From: Candidatus Thorarchaeota archaeon
GTDB lineage: Archaea; Asgardarchaeota; Thorarchaeia; Thorarchaeales; Thorarchaeaceae
Length of the DNA: 64,000 nt
Direction: 5' to 3'
NCBI GenBank assembly: GCA_048882325.1
Contig: JBHLRS010000005.1
Location: forward strand, 32,001-96,000
Below the pieces are notes generated by a model, which had not been told where the DNA came from, ran no database searches, and saw nothing but the letters and a program-made list of their open reading frames with translations. Made by a program: the position numbers and the translations under genes. Shown one piece after another: positions 18,956 through 29,416 of this stretch (position 1 is its first letter; every line of letters starts with the position of its first letter).

Positions 18956-19861
18956 ATGCGAGAGCTTCCTTATGTCCAGACTAGTGTGTTTGTTGACGAC
19001 CGAATGTCTTTTGGTGGTAATCAGTTAGCCACTTATTGGAATTCCGCGGTGAATAGATCTCTGAGCCAGAGTGAGATGCAGGGAATGGCCTTGGAGATGA
19101 ACTTCTCGGAATCAACATTTCTAGAAGAATCAAAAGAGAAGAATTGTCTGTCCAAGGTTCGAATCTTTACTCCAGCCGCTGAAATTCCATTCGCTGGCCA
19201 TCCTACTCTAGGGACAGCTTTCGTTGTGAAGCATAAGGGACTTCTTGGAAGTGATAAGGAGAGTGCATTCCTGGAACTTGGTGTAGGACCAATTCGAGTT
19301 GATTATCTCGAGGATGACAACATTCGCATGGTCCAACCAAAGCCTGATTTTAGAAACATCGTTAATGACGTATCTAGAGTGTCCGAGGTCATTGGCATCG
19401 CTGAGGAAGACGTTGACCAAGATAGTCCAATTCAAATCGTCTCGACAGGATTTCCGTTCATCATAGTTCCGTTGAAGAGTATTTCAGCTGTCAAAAAAGC
19501 AGAACCAATACCCTCACTATTCGGTGAGAACCTCTCCAACCTCGAAACTCAACAAGTCCTGATATTCTCTACTGAAACCACACACACTGACTCTCATGTT
19601 CATGCCAGAATGTTTGGTCCAGATGTTGGTGTAGTTGAGGATCCAGCGACTGGAAGTGCTGCTGGGCCCTGTGGTGCCTACTTGGAGAAATATGAAATAC
19701 TCAGCAATCACAAAATAGGAGAGCTAATCTATATAGAACAAGGCTATGAGATGGAACGACCTAGTAGACTTGTTGTTCGAGTCCCTGACGATAGCTTCTC
19801 AGAGGTACAGGTTTCCGGGAAAGTCCGTCTTGTAGCTGAAGGAACGTTCTACCTACCCTGA
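18956..19861 (+). CDS. PhzF family isomerase
   Basis: FGGNQLA, EMNFSESTF, RIFTP..EIPFAGHPTLG, EDPATGSA, EQG.EM.RPS. Confidence 0.93.
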   Translation: MRELPYVQTSVFVDDRMSFGGNQLATYWNSAVNRSLSQSEMQGMALEMNFSESTFLEESKEKNCLSKVRIFTPAAEIPFAGHPTLGTAFVVKHKGLLGSDKESAFLELGVGPIRVDYLEDDNIRMVQPKPDFRNIVNDVSRVSEVIGIAEEDVDQDSPIQIVSTGFPFIIVPLKSISAVKKAEPIPSLFGENLSNLETQQVLIFSTETTHTDSHVHARMFGPDVGVVEDPATGSAAGPCGAYLEKYEILSNHKIGELIYIEQGYEMERPSRLVVRVPDDSFSEVQVSGKVRLVAEGTFYLP

Positions 19862-20448
19862 TGTGTACAGAGCATATGGACCAAGAACGTACATATGTAG
19901 GAATTCAACAAATCTCCCCGGTGCTGCAGAGCTTGAGTACTAGGATACCTGTCTACAAAACCGTACTTGTAGGTGAGGGCGGGGTAGGCAAAACAAGCAT
20001 TGCAGTCAGATATACCGAAGATCGTTTTGATCAGAAGATGAAGATGACCATCGGTGTGAATTTTGCCACCAAGAAGGTTCGAGTTGGGGGAACTGACATA
20101 ACTTTGTTGATCTGGGACCTTGGGGGGCAACCTCGATTCCAAGATGTTATATCAGACTACTTTATCGGTTCGAAACTTGGTATAGCAGTTTATGATGTAA
20201 ATCGAATCTTTACACTTCATAAATTGAAGGACTGGATCTCACGAATTCACGGAACAGTACCAAACTGTGATATTTTCTTGGTTGGAAATAAGATAGATGA
20301 ACGCATAGAAGGGATGGGAGTACCTATAGAAGATGCAGAAGAATTCGCCGAGGAATTCAATGCTCAAGTTTTTGAAGTATCAGCAAAGACAGGCAAAGGT
20401 GTCTTTGAGTTGTTTGATAATGCTGGAAGGCTACTTGCTGATAGGTAA
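19861..20448 (+). CDS. Rab-like small GTPase
   Basis: GEGGVGKT, TIGVNF, WDLGGQ, NKID, EVSAK. Confidence 0.92.
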   Translation: MCTEHMDQERTYVGIQQISPVLQSLSTRIPVYKTVLVGEGGVGKTSIAVRYTEDRFDQKMKMTIGVNFATKKVRVGGTDITLLIWDLGGQPRFQDVISDYFIGSKLGIAVYDVNRIFTLHKLKDWISRIHGTVPNCDIFLVGNKIDERIEGMGVPIEDAEEFAEEFNAQVFEVSAKTGKGVFELFDNAGRLLADR

Positions 20449-20487
20449 TATCCTCATCTTTTTATCCCGTCCATCAAAGAAACTCGT

Positions 20488-21222
20488 ATGCAGTTTGAGA
20501 GCGTGGTCATTCGCATCTTTGATGTTGACTTCATGCTGTTTGACCTGCTATTCACAGCCATCTGGATTTTCTTTCTCCTCAAGAAGGGATACATCAAGCC
20601 GTTAATCTTTGGTTTCTTTGGAATCTTGATAAACATGGTAGTGGACTATGGGATATGGTACAATGTTCAGGGAATCCGGACAATAGAGAACCTCCCCCTA
20701 TGGATGTCGCCATTCGCATTCTTTGTATACTTTTCAATTACGTATGGGATGATTGAGTACTCATATGTACAGGTGATGTTCTCAATCGATACAAAGAAAG
20801 AAAATGCGAGGTTGGAAATGCTTCGTTGGTCTCTGTTTCTGTCTGGAGGATGGCTTGTGTCTGGTCTGTTGTCATTCTTCATACCAGTAAATGACGCAGA
20901 AGTGACAGTTCAAAGGATTATGACAGGACAACGAATATACCAAGTGTATGGAATTATTGCAGAGTTTGTGCTGCTGGGGATTCTGGCTTACATGGGTAAG
21001 TACAATCTAAGTGCAAAGAAGATTCTGTATATTTTCTTAGTGGGTTTCTTCGTTCACTTCTCAATGGAACTAACGCTTTTACTTGCAGGGATACGGGTTC
21101 TCGATTGGTTCAATCTCATATTCAATAGTATTATCGAATTCAACACCGGTGCACCCATATTGTACCTTCTTCTATTTACAGTGATTCCGCGTATTGAAAT
21201 GAGATGGACCAAAGGAGATTAA
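20488..21222 (+). CDS. Integral membrane protein of unknown function
   Basis: About 7 hydrophobic segments. Confidence 0.75.
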   Translation: MQFESVVIRIFDVDFMLFDLLFTAIWIFFLLKKGYIKPLIFGFFGILINMVVDYGIWYNVQGIRTIENLPLWMSPFAFFVYFSITYGMIEYSYVQVMFSIDTKKENARLEMLRWSLFLSGGWLVSGLLSFFIPVNDAEVTVQRIMTGQRIYQVYGIIAEFVLLGILAYMGKYNLSAKKILYIFLVGFFVHFSMELTLLLAGIRVLDWFNLIFNSIIEFNTGAPILYLLLFTVIPRIEMRWTKGD

Positions 21223-21226
21223 TGAG

Positions 21227-21724
21227 TTAGATTAGTGACTTCCGGAAAATTATCTCCCCGATGTCCCCTTCATTGATGCCACATATAATGCCTGATTCAA
21301 CGAAACCAACCGACCGATGCCAAGCCTGAGGTTCAGGTTCATTAGCCTGCGAAGAACTGTAAAGCGCGTCGTGACCTCGTCCTCTGAGGTAATCCTCAAG
21401 AAAGGAAAGAATCTTCTGACCTATACCCTCTCCACGATACGATTCAATCACCCAGATAACACCAATATAAGGAATGTTAGACCAAAGATACTCGAGTCTC
21501 AGGTAACCGATTGGTTGACCATCAAGTTCAGCAATAATGATCTCATCATTGACAATTTTGTGCCTGATTACCTGTTCAGTGACGTAATCATCATTAACAA
21601 CGCACCACTCTAGAAGCTCAGGTCCGGCAAACCTGACTATGACGCGCTCATTCACACTCATGTACACACGACCTCGATAGATTATCAGAGTCTTCAGCTG
21701 CTGAAGTATTTTCCGAATACCCAT
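21227..21724 (-). CDS. GNAT family N-acetyltransferase (start probably 21661)
   Basis: V..SYRGEGIG acetyl-CoA motif A; WHRSVGF. Confidence 0.88.
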   Translation of the reverse strand: MGIRKILQQLKTLIIYRGRVYMSVNERVIVRFAGPELLEWCVVNDDYVTEQVIRHKIVNDEIIIAELDGQPIGYLRLEYLWSNIPYIGVIWVIESYRGEGIGQKILSFLEDYLRGRGHDALYSSSQANEPEPQAWHRSVGFVESGIICGINEGDIGEIIFRKSLI

Positions 21725-23112
21725 TATGTTTCTAGTTCAGGTTCACTAGTTGCATATTCTTCCTTCAGCATATCAAAGTCAGGATCGATATCAACTTTGA
21801 AGAGCACTAACACTGATAGAAATATGAAAAGGGCGGCTATCGGGCCCCAGATATTGTAACCCAGTGATAGGGGATCTGCAAGGGGGTCACTTGGGACAGG
21901 AACAATCTTGGGCAATTCAAATATGAAACCCCACAAGAAGGCTGAGAAGGCATTCATTCCATTCAGAGGGATTGAAGGGAAGCTTGTATAGAAACCTGCT
22001 CGACCTTCTCCGGTTATGATTTCGTCTTTATGCGCAAAGTCTGCATAGACTATGTAAGGAAAGAGATAGTATCCTGCAACTCCAGCACCTACAAATGCAA
22101 GAAGAGTAAACCCACCGAACGATGTCGTAATGAAAAGTGTGAATGGAAGGGAGATTACAGTCAGCATCATTGAGAGTTGTAATGTGAACCGTTTACCTTT
22201 CTTCCTGATCGCAACTTGGTAAATGAGGAAGAAGATGACGACTACTGAAAGCAGCTCAACTCCAAAAATGATGAACTCAGTTACACCAAAAGTCAGGTAA
22301 TCATTGATGTAAGGAAAAGCTGTCCTCACAACCATTGAGATACCCACAGACAACAGACCCTGAGCTACAAGCCAACCAACGAAGTCGCGATTCTCGAGCG
22401 CTTTTCGGAGATCTTTTCTGATATTTGGTTGCGGAATGAACTTTCCTTCCTGATGAAGACCTCGAAGCGAGGGCAGGAATCCTAATAGCTGGATGGCAAT
22501 AAATGCCAAGATCATGTAAAGAATCTCAGGCGGTAGTCCCCATCCAAGAGACTCAACTGCTAGAAGAGCAGACCCAAAGGTGCCGATCACAAATCCTAGA
22601 AAGTTTGCGATATTCTGCCAAGATGAAACAGCAGGACGCTCCTCAGGTTCTGTGAGTTCAGGCATCCAAGATTGGAAAGGGGTCATGGTCATTCCGTAGA
22701 ACACTTTGAATAGACTCAAGGAGATCGTCGCATAGAAGAAGAGCCCAATCAAATTTCCTTCTGCGATGAAGAGATGAGGGCTGAAGACCAATAGGAATGA
22801 AGCCGCCATTAAAGGAGCTCCAACCATGACAAATGGTTTCCGCCGGCCCCATCGCTTTGTGGGGATTCTATCACTCAGGTTTCCAAAAGTTACTTCAGAG
22901 AAAATGATTGACAGGTAACTGAGGGCTATAGCAGTTCCTGTAAAGATTGCTGGTAGAGCTTGAATCGAGAAGTAGAACAATGTAGTTGAGAGGTCCAACA
23001 TGTCTAGCATCATACTTGGACCGAGTCTGGCCATTCCAAAGTAGACCTTCTGAAACCGTGTGAGCAATGTGATACCCCCATGCGGTGCAAATCGAATCGT
23101 TGCTAAAACCAT
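21724..23112 (-). CDS. MFS transporter, GPH/MelB-like
   Basis: GNLSDR..TKRWGRRKPF motif, 12 TM, R.GFY. Confidence 0.88.
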   Translation of the reverse strand: MVLATIRFAPHGGITLLTRFQKVYFGMARLGPSMMLDMLDLSTTLFYFSIQALPAIFTGTAIALSYLSIIFSEVTFGNLSDRIPTKRWGRRKPFVMVGAPLMAASFLLVFSPHLFIAEGNLIGLFFYATISLSLFKVFYGMTMTPFQSWMPELTEPEERPAVSSWQNIANFLGFVIGTFGSALLAVESLGWGLPPEILYMILAFIAIQLLGFLPSLRGLHQEGKFIPQPNIRKDLRKALENRDFVGWLVAQGLLSVGISMVVRTAFPYINDYLTFGVTEFIIFGVELLSVVVIFFLIYQVAIRKKGKRFTLQLSMMLTVISLPFTLFITTSFGGFTLLAFVGAGVAGYYLFPYIVYADFAHKDEIITGEGRAGFYTSFPSIPLNGMNAFSAFLWGFIFELPKIVPVPSDPLADPLSLGYNIWGPIAALFIFLSVLVLFKVDIDPDFDMLKEEYATSEPELET

Positions 23113-23228
23113 CTATTAAGTATCGTCATGTCTTCTCGGGACTTAATGAGAAAATGATATATTGTTCAGCTATGAATCCGCGGGAGATTCATTCAATCTC
23201 TGATAAGTGATGATGATTCCTTTGGTAA

Positions 23229-25310
23229 GTGGTTAGTATGCATCTGTATGGAAAAACTTGGGTTTTAATCATCTTCATGCTATGTATACTATGTACTTTT
23301 CCGAAAGTCACTTCAAATCTCGCTAATGTCACAATAGAGAGTTTTGAATCAACTGATAGCCCGAGTCTTGCTTACGTCGAACATGATCCAATAAACATTA
23401 CATCCGATTTGGACTTCAGCTCACAGAAAAACGTGGAAGGTTGGAGCGGTAACGGTAGTGCATCAAATCCCTACTTTATTGAGGGGTATAATATCACTTA
23501 CAGAGGATACAGTATAACAATCACAAACATTACATCACATTTCGTAATTCGAAACTGCTATCTCGCATCAAATCTGGGAATGGCACTATCAGATCCATAT
23601 GATGACGGTATTCAGTTAATCAATGTAGCAAATGGAGAAATTGTGAATAATACAATTCTCAATAACGGAGACGGAGGAATCTATGCTGAACTGTCTAACA
23701 TATCTGTGTCCAACAACACAATTATCGGAAATCGACTTGGAGTGATTTTTGTTAATTCATCAGGAAAAGTGTCCTCCAATAGAATTCAGGATTCAAGTGA
23801 ATACTCTTTATATTTCTTGGACTCAATACATTGCGACATTCGGAGTAACCGTTTCTTATCAGCTCCAATCAGTGAATGGTTGATTCAAAATTCCGCATAC
23901 ATCACAATTGAGGATAACACATTTCAGGCAACCAAAATCATTTTACGAGCTTGGAATACAACAGTTGCCTATAACAATCTCTCTTCGGGCTCAGCCATTG
24001 GGATTCAATTCTGTTCAAATGTTATTGTCGAGCATAATAATATCATCAATCCATCCTTAAATGCAATCGAAGTAGGTTACTCAAATCAAATCAGAGTAAC
24101 ATACAATACTATCCTTTCTGATATTCCTGTGTTCGATAACGGCATTATGGCGTTCGACTCAGATAATTGTCTTTATAGCGGAAACATCATATCGACATGT
24201 CTTAATGGTATCGATCTTGCGTATGCAAATTCATCTGTGGTCACATACAACTATATTGTTGGACAGCAAAACTATGGAATTAACATCTACGAAGGTTCTG
24301 AATATCTCATCTACGGAAACCTATTGACAAATGAAGGAATAGGACCTGCAAGAGACTCGAGTACTGACAGCCAATGGGACGATGGATCTCATATTGGCAA
24401 TTTTTGGGAGGCAATTAGTGATACGTTTGTAGAGATTCCAGGAAGTGCAGCAAGTGTAGATCGATTAGGACGGTCCATTGGACAAACAAATCTTACATTG
24501 CCTTTAGTCTATGAGTCTCCTATCATTAACATTATTGAGGAGGACAGAGCTGAGGTAAGATGGATTATATGGAGTAATCAAGGGACATATTCATTATATA
24601 GAAATGGATTTGAACTAGAAAGTCGAGATTGGGAAGGTTCTGGATTAATCTACTTTGAAATTGGCAACCTTCCCAATGGTTTCTACACCTACTCGATTCT
24701 GCTACAAGATTCTGTAAATGGAATTGTTTCAACCTTATACTCCATCGAGATTCCAAATCTGTGGTTTGTTGATTCTGATATGGACGGAATGCCAGATGAT
24801 TGGGAAATAGACAATAACTTGAATCCGTTCTTTGATGATGCAGGTTGGGACCATGATTCTGATGACCTGTTCAATATTGATGAGTATAGAATCGGTACTG
24901 ATCCTAGTAATCCAGATTCAGATTTTGACTCCATCTATGATGGTTGGGAGGTCCATTTCGGACTAGATCCATTGAATGCCTCCGACGCCTTGATGGATTT
25001 AGACTCAGACTCTTTGACGAATCTTCAGGAATTTGAGATTGGCACAGATCCCACAAATCCAGACAGCGATCTAGACAATTTCCCAGATGCCTGGGAGGTC
25101 AAGAACGGGTTTGATCCGACAAACCCAGCTGTGTCCTTCATGCAGTATTTTGTAGCTAGTGCAGCTTACATAGCCATTGCGTCATCGTTAGTGATTCTCT
25201 TGATGAGCATTCTCTATTTAGGAGTCTTTGATAAGCGCTCTCGGATGGACGCGCAGGTCAGGAAGGAAGAGGAGGATGAACAAGCAGCGTTAGAAGAACT
25301 GCTTGAATGA
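23229..25310 (+). CDS. Cell-surface protein: right-handed beta-helix (NosD-like), Ig-like segment, DxDxDG repeats and C-terminal TM anchor
   Basis: Signal-like N-terminus; GNGSASNPYFIEG; parallel beta-helix repeats; GNFW; DSDxDGMPDxWE repeats; TM followed by a charged tail. Confidence 0.85.
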   Translation: MVSMHLYGKTWVLIIFMLCILCTFPKVTSNLANVTIESFESTDSPSLAYVEHDPINITSDLDFSSQKNVEGWSGNGSASNPYFIEGYNITYRGYSITITNITSHFVIRNCYLASNLGMALSDPYDDGIQLINVANGEIVNNTILNNGDGGIYAELSNISVSNNTIIGNRLGVIFVNSSGKVSSNRIQDSSEYSLYFLDSIHCDIRSNRFLSAPISEWLIQNSAYITIEDNTFQATKIILRAWNTTVAYNNLSSGSAIGIQFCSNVIVEHNNIINPSLNAIEVGYSNQIRVTYNTILSDIPVFDNGIMAFDSDNCLYSGNIISTCLNGIDLAYANSSVVTYNYIVGQQNYGINIYEGSEYLIYGNLLTNEGIGPARDSSTDSQWDDGSHIGNFWEAISDTFVEIPGSAASVDRLGRSIGQTNLTLPLVYESPIINIIEEDRAEVRWIIWSNQGTYSLYRNGFELESRDWEGSGLIYFEIGNLPNGFYTYSILLQDSVNGIVSTLYSIEIPNLWFVDSDMDGMPDDWEIDNNLNPFFDDAGWDHDSDDLFNIDEYRIGTDPSNPDSDFDSIYDGWEVHFGLDPLNASDALMDLDSDSLTNLQEFEIGTDPTNPDSDLDNFPDAWEVKNGFDPTNPAVSFMQYFVASAAYIAIASSLVILLMSILYLGVFDKRSRMDAQVRKEEEDEQAALEELLE

Positions 25311-25472
25311 CTTGTTCCTGAAATCTTGACCCTTGTACTGCTTTGGATCCTTGCCAAAGGTCTCTTTACAATAAGGATTGCAGGAATAGTACGTCTTCCC
25401 CTCGTAACCACTAACGAGTATGGCTGTGGCCACATCCTCGTTGCAGATTGGGTCAACCGCAACTTCAGGAAT
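25290..25472 (-). pseudogene. Cryptic second YHS domain in frame after the copA TAG stop
   Basis: Translation past TAG gives IPEVAVDPICNEDVATAILVSGYEGKTYYSCNPYCKETFGKDPKQYK..., a copy of the copA terminal YHS domain; no obvious own start codon. Confidence 0.75.
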
Positions 25473-28160
25473 CTAGGATTCAGTTGCATTTACTTCCTTG
25501 TATTGCTCAGGATTGGCTTCGAAGTTATCTTTGCAGTTTGGATTACAGAAGTAATACCGTTTGCCTTCATAGTCACTATAGAGGTCAGCAGTAGCGATGT
25601 CGACTTCCATTTTGCAGATAGGATCGACTGCAACAGCTCCTTCCTGATAAGCAGCAGGTGGGACTCCACTCAAGGGTGCAGTTGTCTGTTCAGGTGTAAA
25701 TCGGTTCAAAGTCAATGCATTGGTAACTACACTTACACTTGATAACGCCATGGCAAGGCCAGCGAACTCAGGACGCAGTATTAGACCGATTGATGGAAAT
25801 AGAATTCCTGCCGCAATTGGTAGAAGCGCAATGTTGTAGATTAGCGCCCAGAAGAATCCTTGTCGAATCTTTGACATTGTCCGACTGCCTAACTGGATTC
25901 CTGTAACCACATCAAGGAGGTCATCTTTGACCAGGACAATGTCACCAGTTTCAACTGAAACGTCTGTTCCTGACCCTAGCGCAATTCCAACATCTGCCTG
26001 AGCCAATGCAACAGCATCATTTACGCCATCTCCGGCCATGGCAACAGTCTTTCCTCGACTCTGCAATTCCTTGATTTTCTCAGCTTTATCAGCTGGTAGA
26101 ACTTCACCGAGAACATTATTAATTCCGACAACATCTGCTATTGCATGCGCTGTTTCTTCCTTGTCACCTGTTATCATCCAGACTTCTATGCCCATCTTCT
26201 GTAAGCTTTGAACAGCTTGGACAGAGGTCTCCTTCAGCTTGTCTGCAATTGCTATGAGTGCAAGGGGATTTCCATTGATAGCTGCAAAGACCGTTGTCTT
26301 TCCTTTCTCCTGCAACATTGTACCCTGTGCTTCTGCATTTGAGATATCAATTGAATTCTCACTCATGAATTTGTCATTACCAACAAGAATCTGATGACCT
26401 TCAACAATCGCTTTTACTCCTTTTCCAGTTACAGACTCAAAATCGGTGCTGGATGGAATATCAATGTCAAGATTCTCGGTATATTGAACAATTGCCTCGG
26501 CTAAGGGATGCTCACTGTTCTTTTCAACAGAGGAGATAAGACGCAAAGCTTCTCCGTCACTGAAATCGCCATACATGATCATATCAGTAACCGTCGGCTT
26601 GCCAATTGTGAGGGTTCCAGTCTTGTCGAATACAATTGCATCAACTGTGGGGATAACTTCCAGACCTTCTCCTGCCTTTATCAGGATCCCGTGCTGTGCT
26701 CCTTTTCCGATGCCGACCATGATTGCGGTGGGGGTTGCTAAGCCCAGTGCACAGGGACACGCGGCGACCAGCACTGCAATACTAAAGGTCAAAGACTGAG
26801 TGAATTCAACCGGTAATCCTGTGATTGGTGAAACAATACCCAAAGCAGGGGAAACCCAGAACCAAAATATGTAGGTCGAGAGGGCCAAAATAATGACCAC
26901 AGGTGTGAATCTATTTGCAATCGCATCAGCCTTGCGCTGAATCGGAGGCTTGTTTGTTTGGGCTTCCTCAACAAGTTTGACAATCTGTGACAATACGGTA
27001 TCCTTGCCGACCTTTGTAGCTCTTATCTTGAGTACTCCGTTCTTATTGATTGTAGCACCCACTACGTTGTCGCCTACCTTTTTCTTGACTGGAAGTGGTT
27101 CCCCAGTAATCATCGATTCGTCGACGCTTGATTGGCCTTCTATGACTTCACCGTCCACAGGGACTTTGTCTCCAGGTTTGATGAGCACAATGTCTTCAAC
27201 TTCAACATCCTCTATTGGCAGAAGCAGTTCTTCTCCATCTCGTACGACAGTTGCTACTTTTGCTTGCAGGTCCATCAGACTACGCATTGCTTTGGAGGTC
27301 CGCCCTTTTGCGACTGCTTCAAGCGTCCTTCCAAGAAGAATGAAGCTTAGAAGAAGTACAGCTGAATCGTAGAATGGGGTGTATATACTCCATTCGGGCA
27401 AAAATGTTGCTGCTACAGAATACAAGTATGCAGCGCTTGTCCCCAGGATAATTAAAGTGTCCATGTTTGTTGTAAAGTGACGAGCTGCTTTTAGAGCAGA
27501 CTTATAGAATGGGTATCCTGCAATAAACTGCACAGGTGTTGCAAGAATGAACATAATGTATTTCCGTACTTCCTCAGATGGCACTAAGGTCGAAAACACA
27601 CCAAAGTGGATCAGTACAACAGGGATTGTCAACAAGACTGAAAACGCTAAAAGTCGAGAATAATATCGAATTTCATTCTCTCTGGCGAGAGATTCTCGAT
27701 CGGCATCAATACCCTCTGCTTCTGAGATTGTTACTCCAATGCTCTGAAGCGACTTCTTCACAATCTTATATGTGATCACGTCATCATCATATTCTATCAA
27801 TACGCGGTTCGATTCTTCAATTGAGTGAACAGATATGACCCCATCAATAGATTCCAAAGTCTTCAGGATTCTGTTCCAATCCAAAGGTGATTCGGATTCA
27901 TCTAGAGTGATTGACATGGATGGTCGTCGTGCACGGTATCCCGTATCCTCGATAGCCTTCTCTAGTGTAAATCTATTCACAGAATCAGGTTCGTATTCAA
28001 CTACAGCTTTTTCATCTAGGAGACTGACATTAGCCTTAATTACGCCATCTTGACCGACTAAGGCACCTTCTATCTTTGCCACACAAGATGCGCAATGCAT
28101 CCCTTCAATACGCAGTGACATTCTGGATGCGGTAACCCTTTGTTCAGATTTCTGACTCAT
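25473..28160 (-). CDS. copA: Copper-translocating P1B-type ATPase with N-terminal HMA and C-terminal YHS domains
   Basis: GMHCASC, TGE, CPC, DKTGT, SEHPL, GDGVND, YN and MALSS (Cu+ type) motifs; C-terminal DPIC...YYFCNPNC. Confidence 0.96.
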   Translation of the reverse strand: MSQKSEQRVTASRMSLRIEGMHCASCVAKIEGALVGQDGVIKANVSLLDEKAVVEYEPDSVNRFTLEKAIEDTGYRARRPSMSITLDESESPLDWNRILKTLESIDGVISVHSIEESNRVLIEYDDDVITYKIVKKSLQSIGVTISEAEGIDADRESLARENEIRYYSRLLAFSVLLTIPVVLIHFGVFSTLVPSEEVRKYIMFILATPVQFIAGYPFYKSALKAARHFTTNMDTLIILGTSAAYLYSVAATFLPEWSIYTPFYDSAVLLLSFILLGRTLEAVAKGRTSKAMRSLMDLQAKVATVVRDGEELLLPIEDVEVEDIVLIKPGDKVPVDGEVIEGQSSVDESMITGEPLPVKKKVGDNVVGATINKNGVLKIRATKVGKDTVLSQIVKLVEEAQTNKPPIQRKADAIANRFTPVVIILALSTYIFWFWVSPALGIVSPITGLPVEFTQSLTFSIAVLVAACPCALGLATPTAIMVGIGKGAQHGILIKAGEGLEVIPTVDAIVFDKTGTLTIGKPTVTDMIMYGDFSDGEALRLISSVEKNSEHPLAEAIVQYTENLDIDIPSSTDFESVTGKGVKAIVEGHQILVGNDKFMSENSIDISNAEAQGTMLQEKGKTTVFAAINGNPLALIAIADKLKETSVQAVQSLQKMGIEVWMITGDKEETAHAIADVVGINNVLGEVLPADKAEKIKELQSRGKTVAMAGDGVNDAVALAQADVGIALGSGTDVSVETGDIVLVKDDLLDVVTGIQLGSRTMSKIRQGFFWALIYNIALLPIAAGILFPSIGLILRPEFAGLAMALSSVSVVTNALTLNRFTPEQTTAPLSGVPPAAYQEGAVAVDPICKMEVDIATADLYSDYEGKRYYFCNPNCKDNFEANPEQYKEVNATES

Positions 28161-28202
28161 CTCTTTTCACCGTTTTTGAAATTCGAAATAATGTTTTTTA
28201 CG

Positions 28203-28222
28203 ATATATCGTACTCGATATAT
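28203..28222. promoter_or_regulatory. Palindromic operator ATATATC-N6-GATATAT upstream of copA
   Basis: ATATATC gtactc GATATAT, overlapping a minus-strand TTATATA box. Confidence 0.75.
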
Positions 28223-28267
28223 AAGATTTGTGATTGGACCGGCTTCAATCGGAAACCATATTGTCAA

Positions 28268-28783
28268 CTATAAACTCTGTTTGAACGCTTTAGCACAATG
28301 AACACAACAAAAAGTCATGGTTGTACCATTGACTTCCTCATGGTGCGCACCTTCGAAAACCCTAGCTCCACAACTTGCACATGCCGTAAGACTGGATCCG
28401 AGAGCAGATACTGTGATCGCAGCAAAACGTTTGAATAACTGGTCACTAAATCGCTTTCCCTTCCTCGTCATTGAGTACACGATCCTGCGTTTCTTCCCTA
28501 TGTCTTCCTGCTTCTGGGTGACTAGCTTCTTTTCTTCGAGTTCCTGCAAAAATGGATAGAGTGTTCCTGGACTTAATTTTTTCCCAGTTCGGTTTTCATA
28601 TCTTTTCATAAGACCATAACCATGCAATGGTTTTTCGTTCAACATCAATAAGATATAGAAATGCGAGAAATCAGCCAGTATTTCTTGTATGTCAGGATTG
28701 GGTGTTTTCATGTCTTGAATTGCATTTTCCTTTGTCATTTTTCGTGTCATCCCAATATAGCTCGAATGTTGTGAGTCACACAA
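28268..28783 (-). CDS. PadR-family regulator with C-terminal TRASH-type metal-binding domain
   Basis: ILLML...HGYGL...SPGTLYPFL..LEEKKLV...RRIVYSMT.KG (PadR); CASCG...FCCVHC (TRASH). Confidence 0.9.
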   Translation of the reverse strand: MCDSQHSSYIGMTRKMTKENAIQDMKTPNPDIQEILADFSHFYILLMLNEKPLHGYGLMKRYENRTGKKLSPGTLYPFLQELEEKKLVTQKQEDIGKKRRIVYSMTRKGKRFSDQLFKRFAAITVSALGSSLTACASCGARVFEGAHHEEVNGTTMTFCCVHCAKAFKQSL

Positions 28784-28927
28784 ATAAGGAATCGAGGAGT
28801 TTCCAGGTGTGACATATAGCCCATTCCGCGAAGCAGTTTCCTATAATAGTTGCTTGTTGACTAGATTCTTCCCAATCACTCTGAGAAATGGACTACACTA
28901 AAAGAGATTTAGATTGTATCAATATAA

Positions 28928-28961
28928 ATGTATCTTATGGGATATATCCATAGGGATAATT
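28928..28961. promoter_or_regulatory. Two overlapping operator copies upstream of the PadR-TRASH gene
   Basis: ATGTATC ttatgg GATATAT (28928-28947) and ATATATC catagg GATAATT (28942-28961). Confidence 0.65.
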
Positions 28962-29157
28962 GATACGATACTCTTCGGAACCCAAGAGATTCATGGCATC
29001 TATAAGACGCTCCCTATCGATACTATCGACCTCGATTTCAACAACAACCTTGACGTTTTGAAGACTTACTTCAGCGCCTTTTATTCATTCCTAATAAAGA
29101 TGGGCATTCTTAATTCTGTCAGATTAGTCAATATAGAGCAGCAGACAGAAGGTTTAT

Positions 29158-29220
29158 ATATATCGAGTAGGATATATCTGATTAGATATTATTGTTTTCG
29201 ATATATCTCAATAGAAATAT
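29158..29220. promoter_or_regulatory. Three operator copies upstream of the YHS-Lon-NIF3 operon
   Basis: ATATATC gagtag GATATAT (29158-29177), ATATATC tgatta GATATTA (29172-29191), ATATATC tcaata GAAATAT (29201-29220); TTTATATA box at 29153-29160. Confidence 0.72.
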
Positions 29221-29239
29221 ATAGACAGAGGCAAAGGAA

Positions 29240-29395
29240 ATGGCTAGAGATCCAATATGTGGAATGATAGTAGATGAGAACACAACCAAGCTAAAGTCGG
29301 TTCACAAAGGAGAAACTTACTACTTTTGTATGATGAGATGCAAGAAAGCCTTTGACAGTGATCCAGATCGCTTTGCCATCGAATCGACACATTAA
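29240..29395 (+). CDS. YHS/TRASH domain metallochaperone-like protein (51 aa, not in ORF track)
   Basis: Manual translation MARDPICGMIVDENTTKLKSVHKGETYYFCMMRCKKAFDSDPDRFAIESTH. Confidence 0.9.
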   Translation: MARDPICGMIVDENTTKLKSVHKGETYYFCMMRCKKAFDSDPDRFAIESTH

Positions 29396-29416
29396 TGATA
29401 AAACAGGTGCGTATCT

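Noticed and set aside
25326-25742. 138-aa plus-strand track ORF
   Set aside because: Antisense to the copA YHS domains; its internal repetition merely mirrors the YHS duplication
28914-29267. 117-aa track ORF
   Set aside because: It runs through operator/promoter DNA and overlaps the real YHS gene in another frame; no protein-like motif
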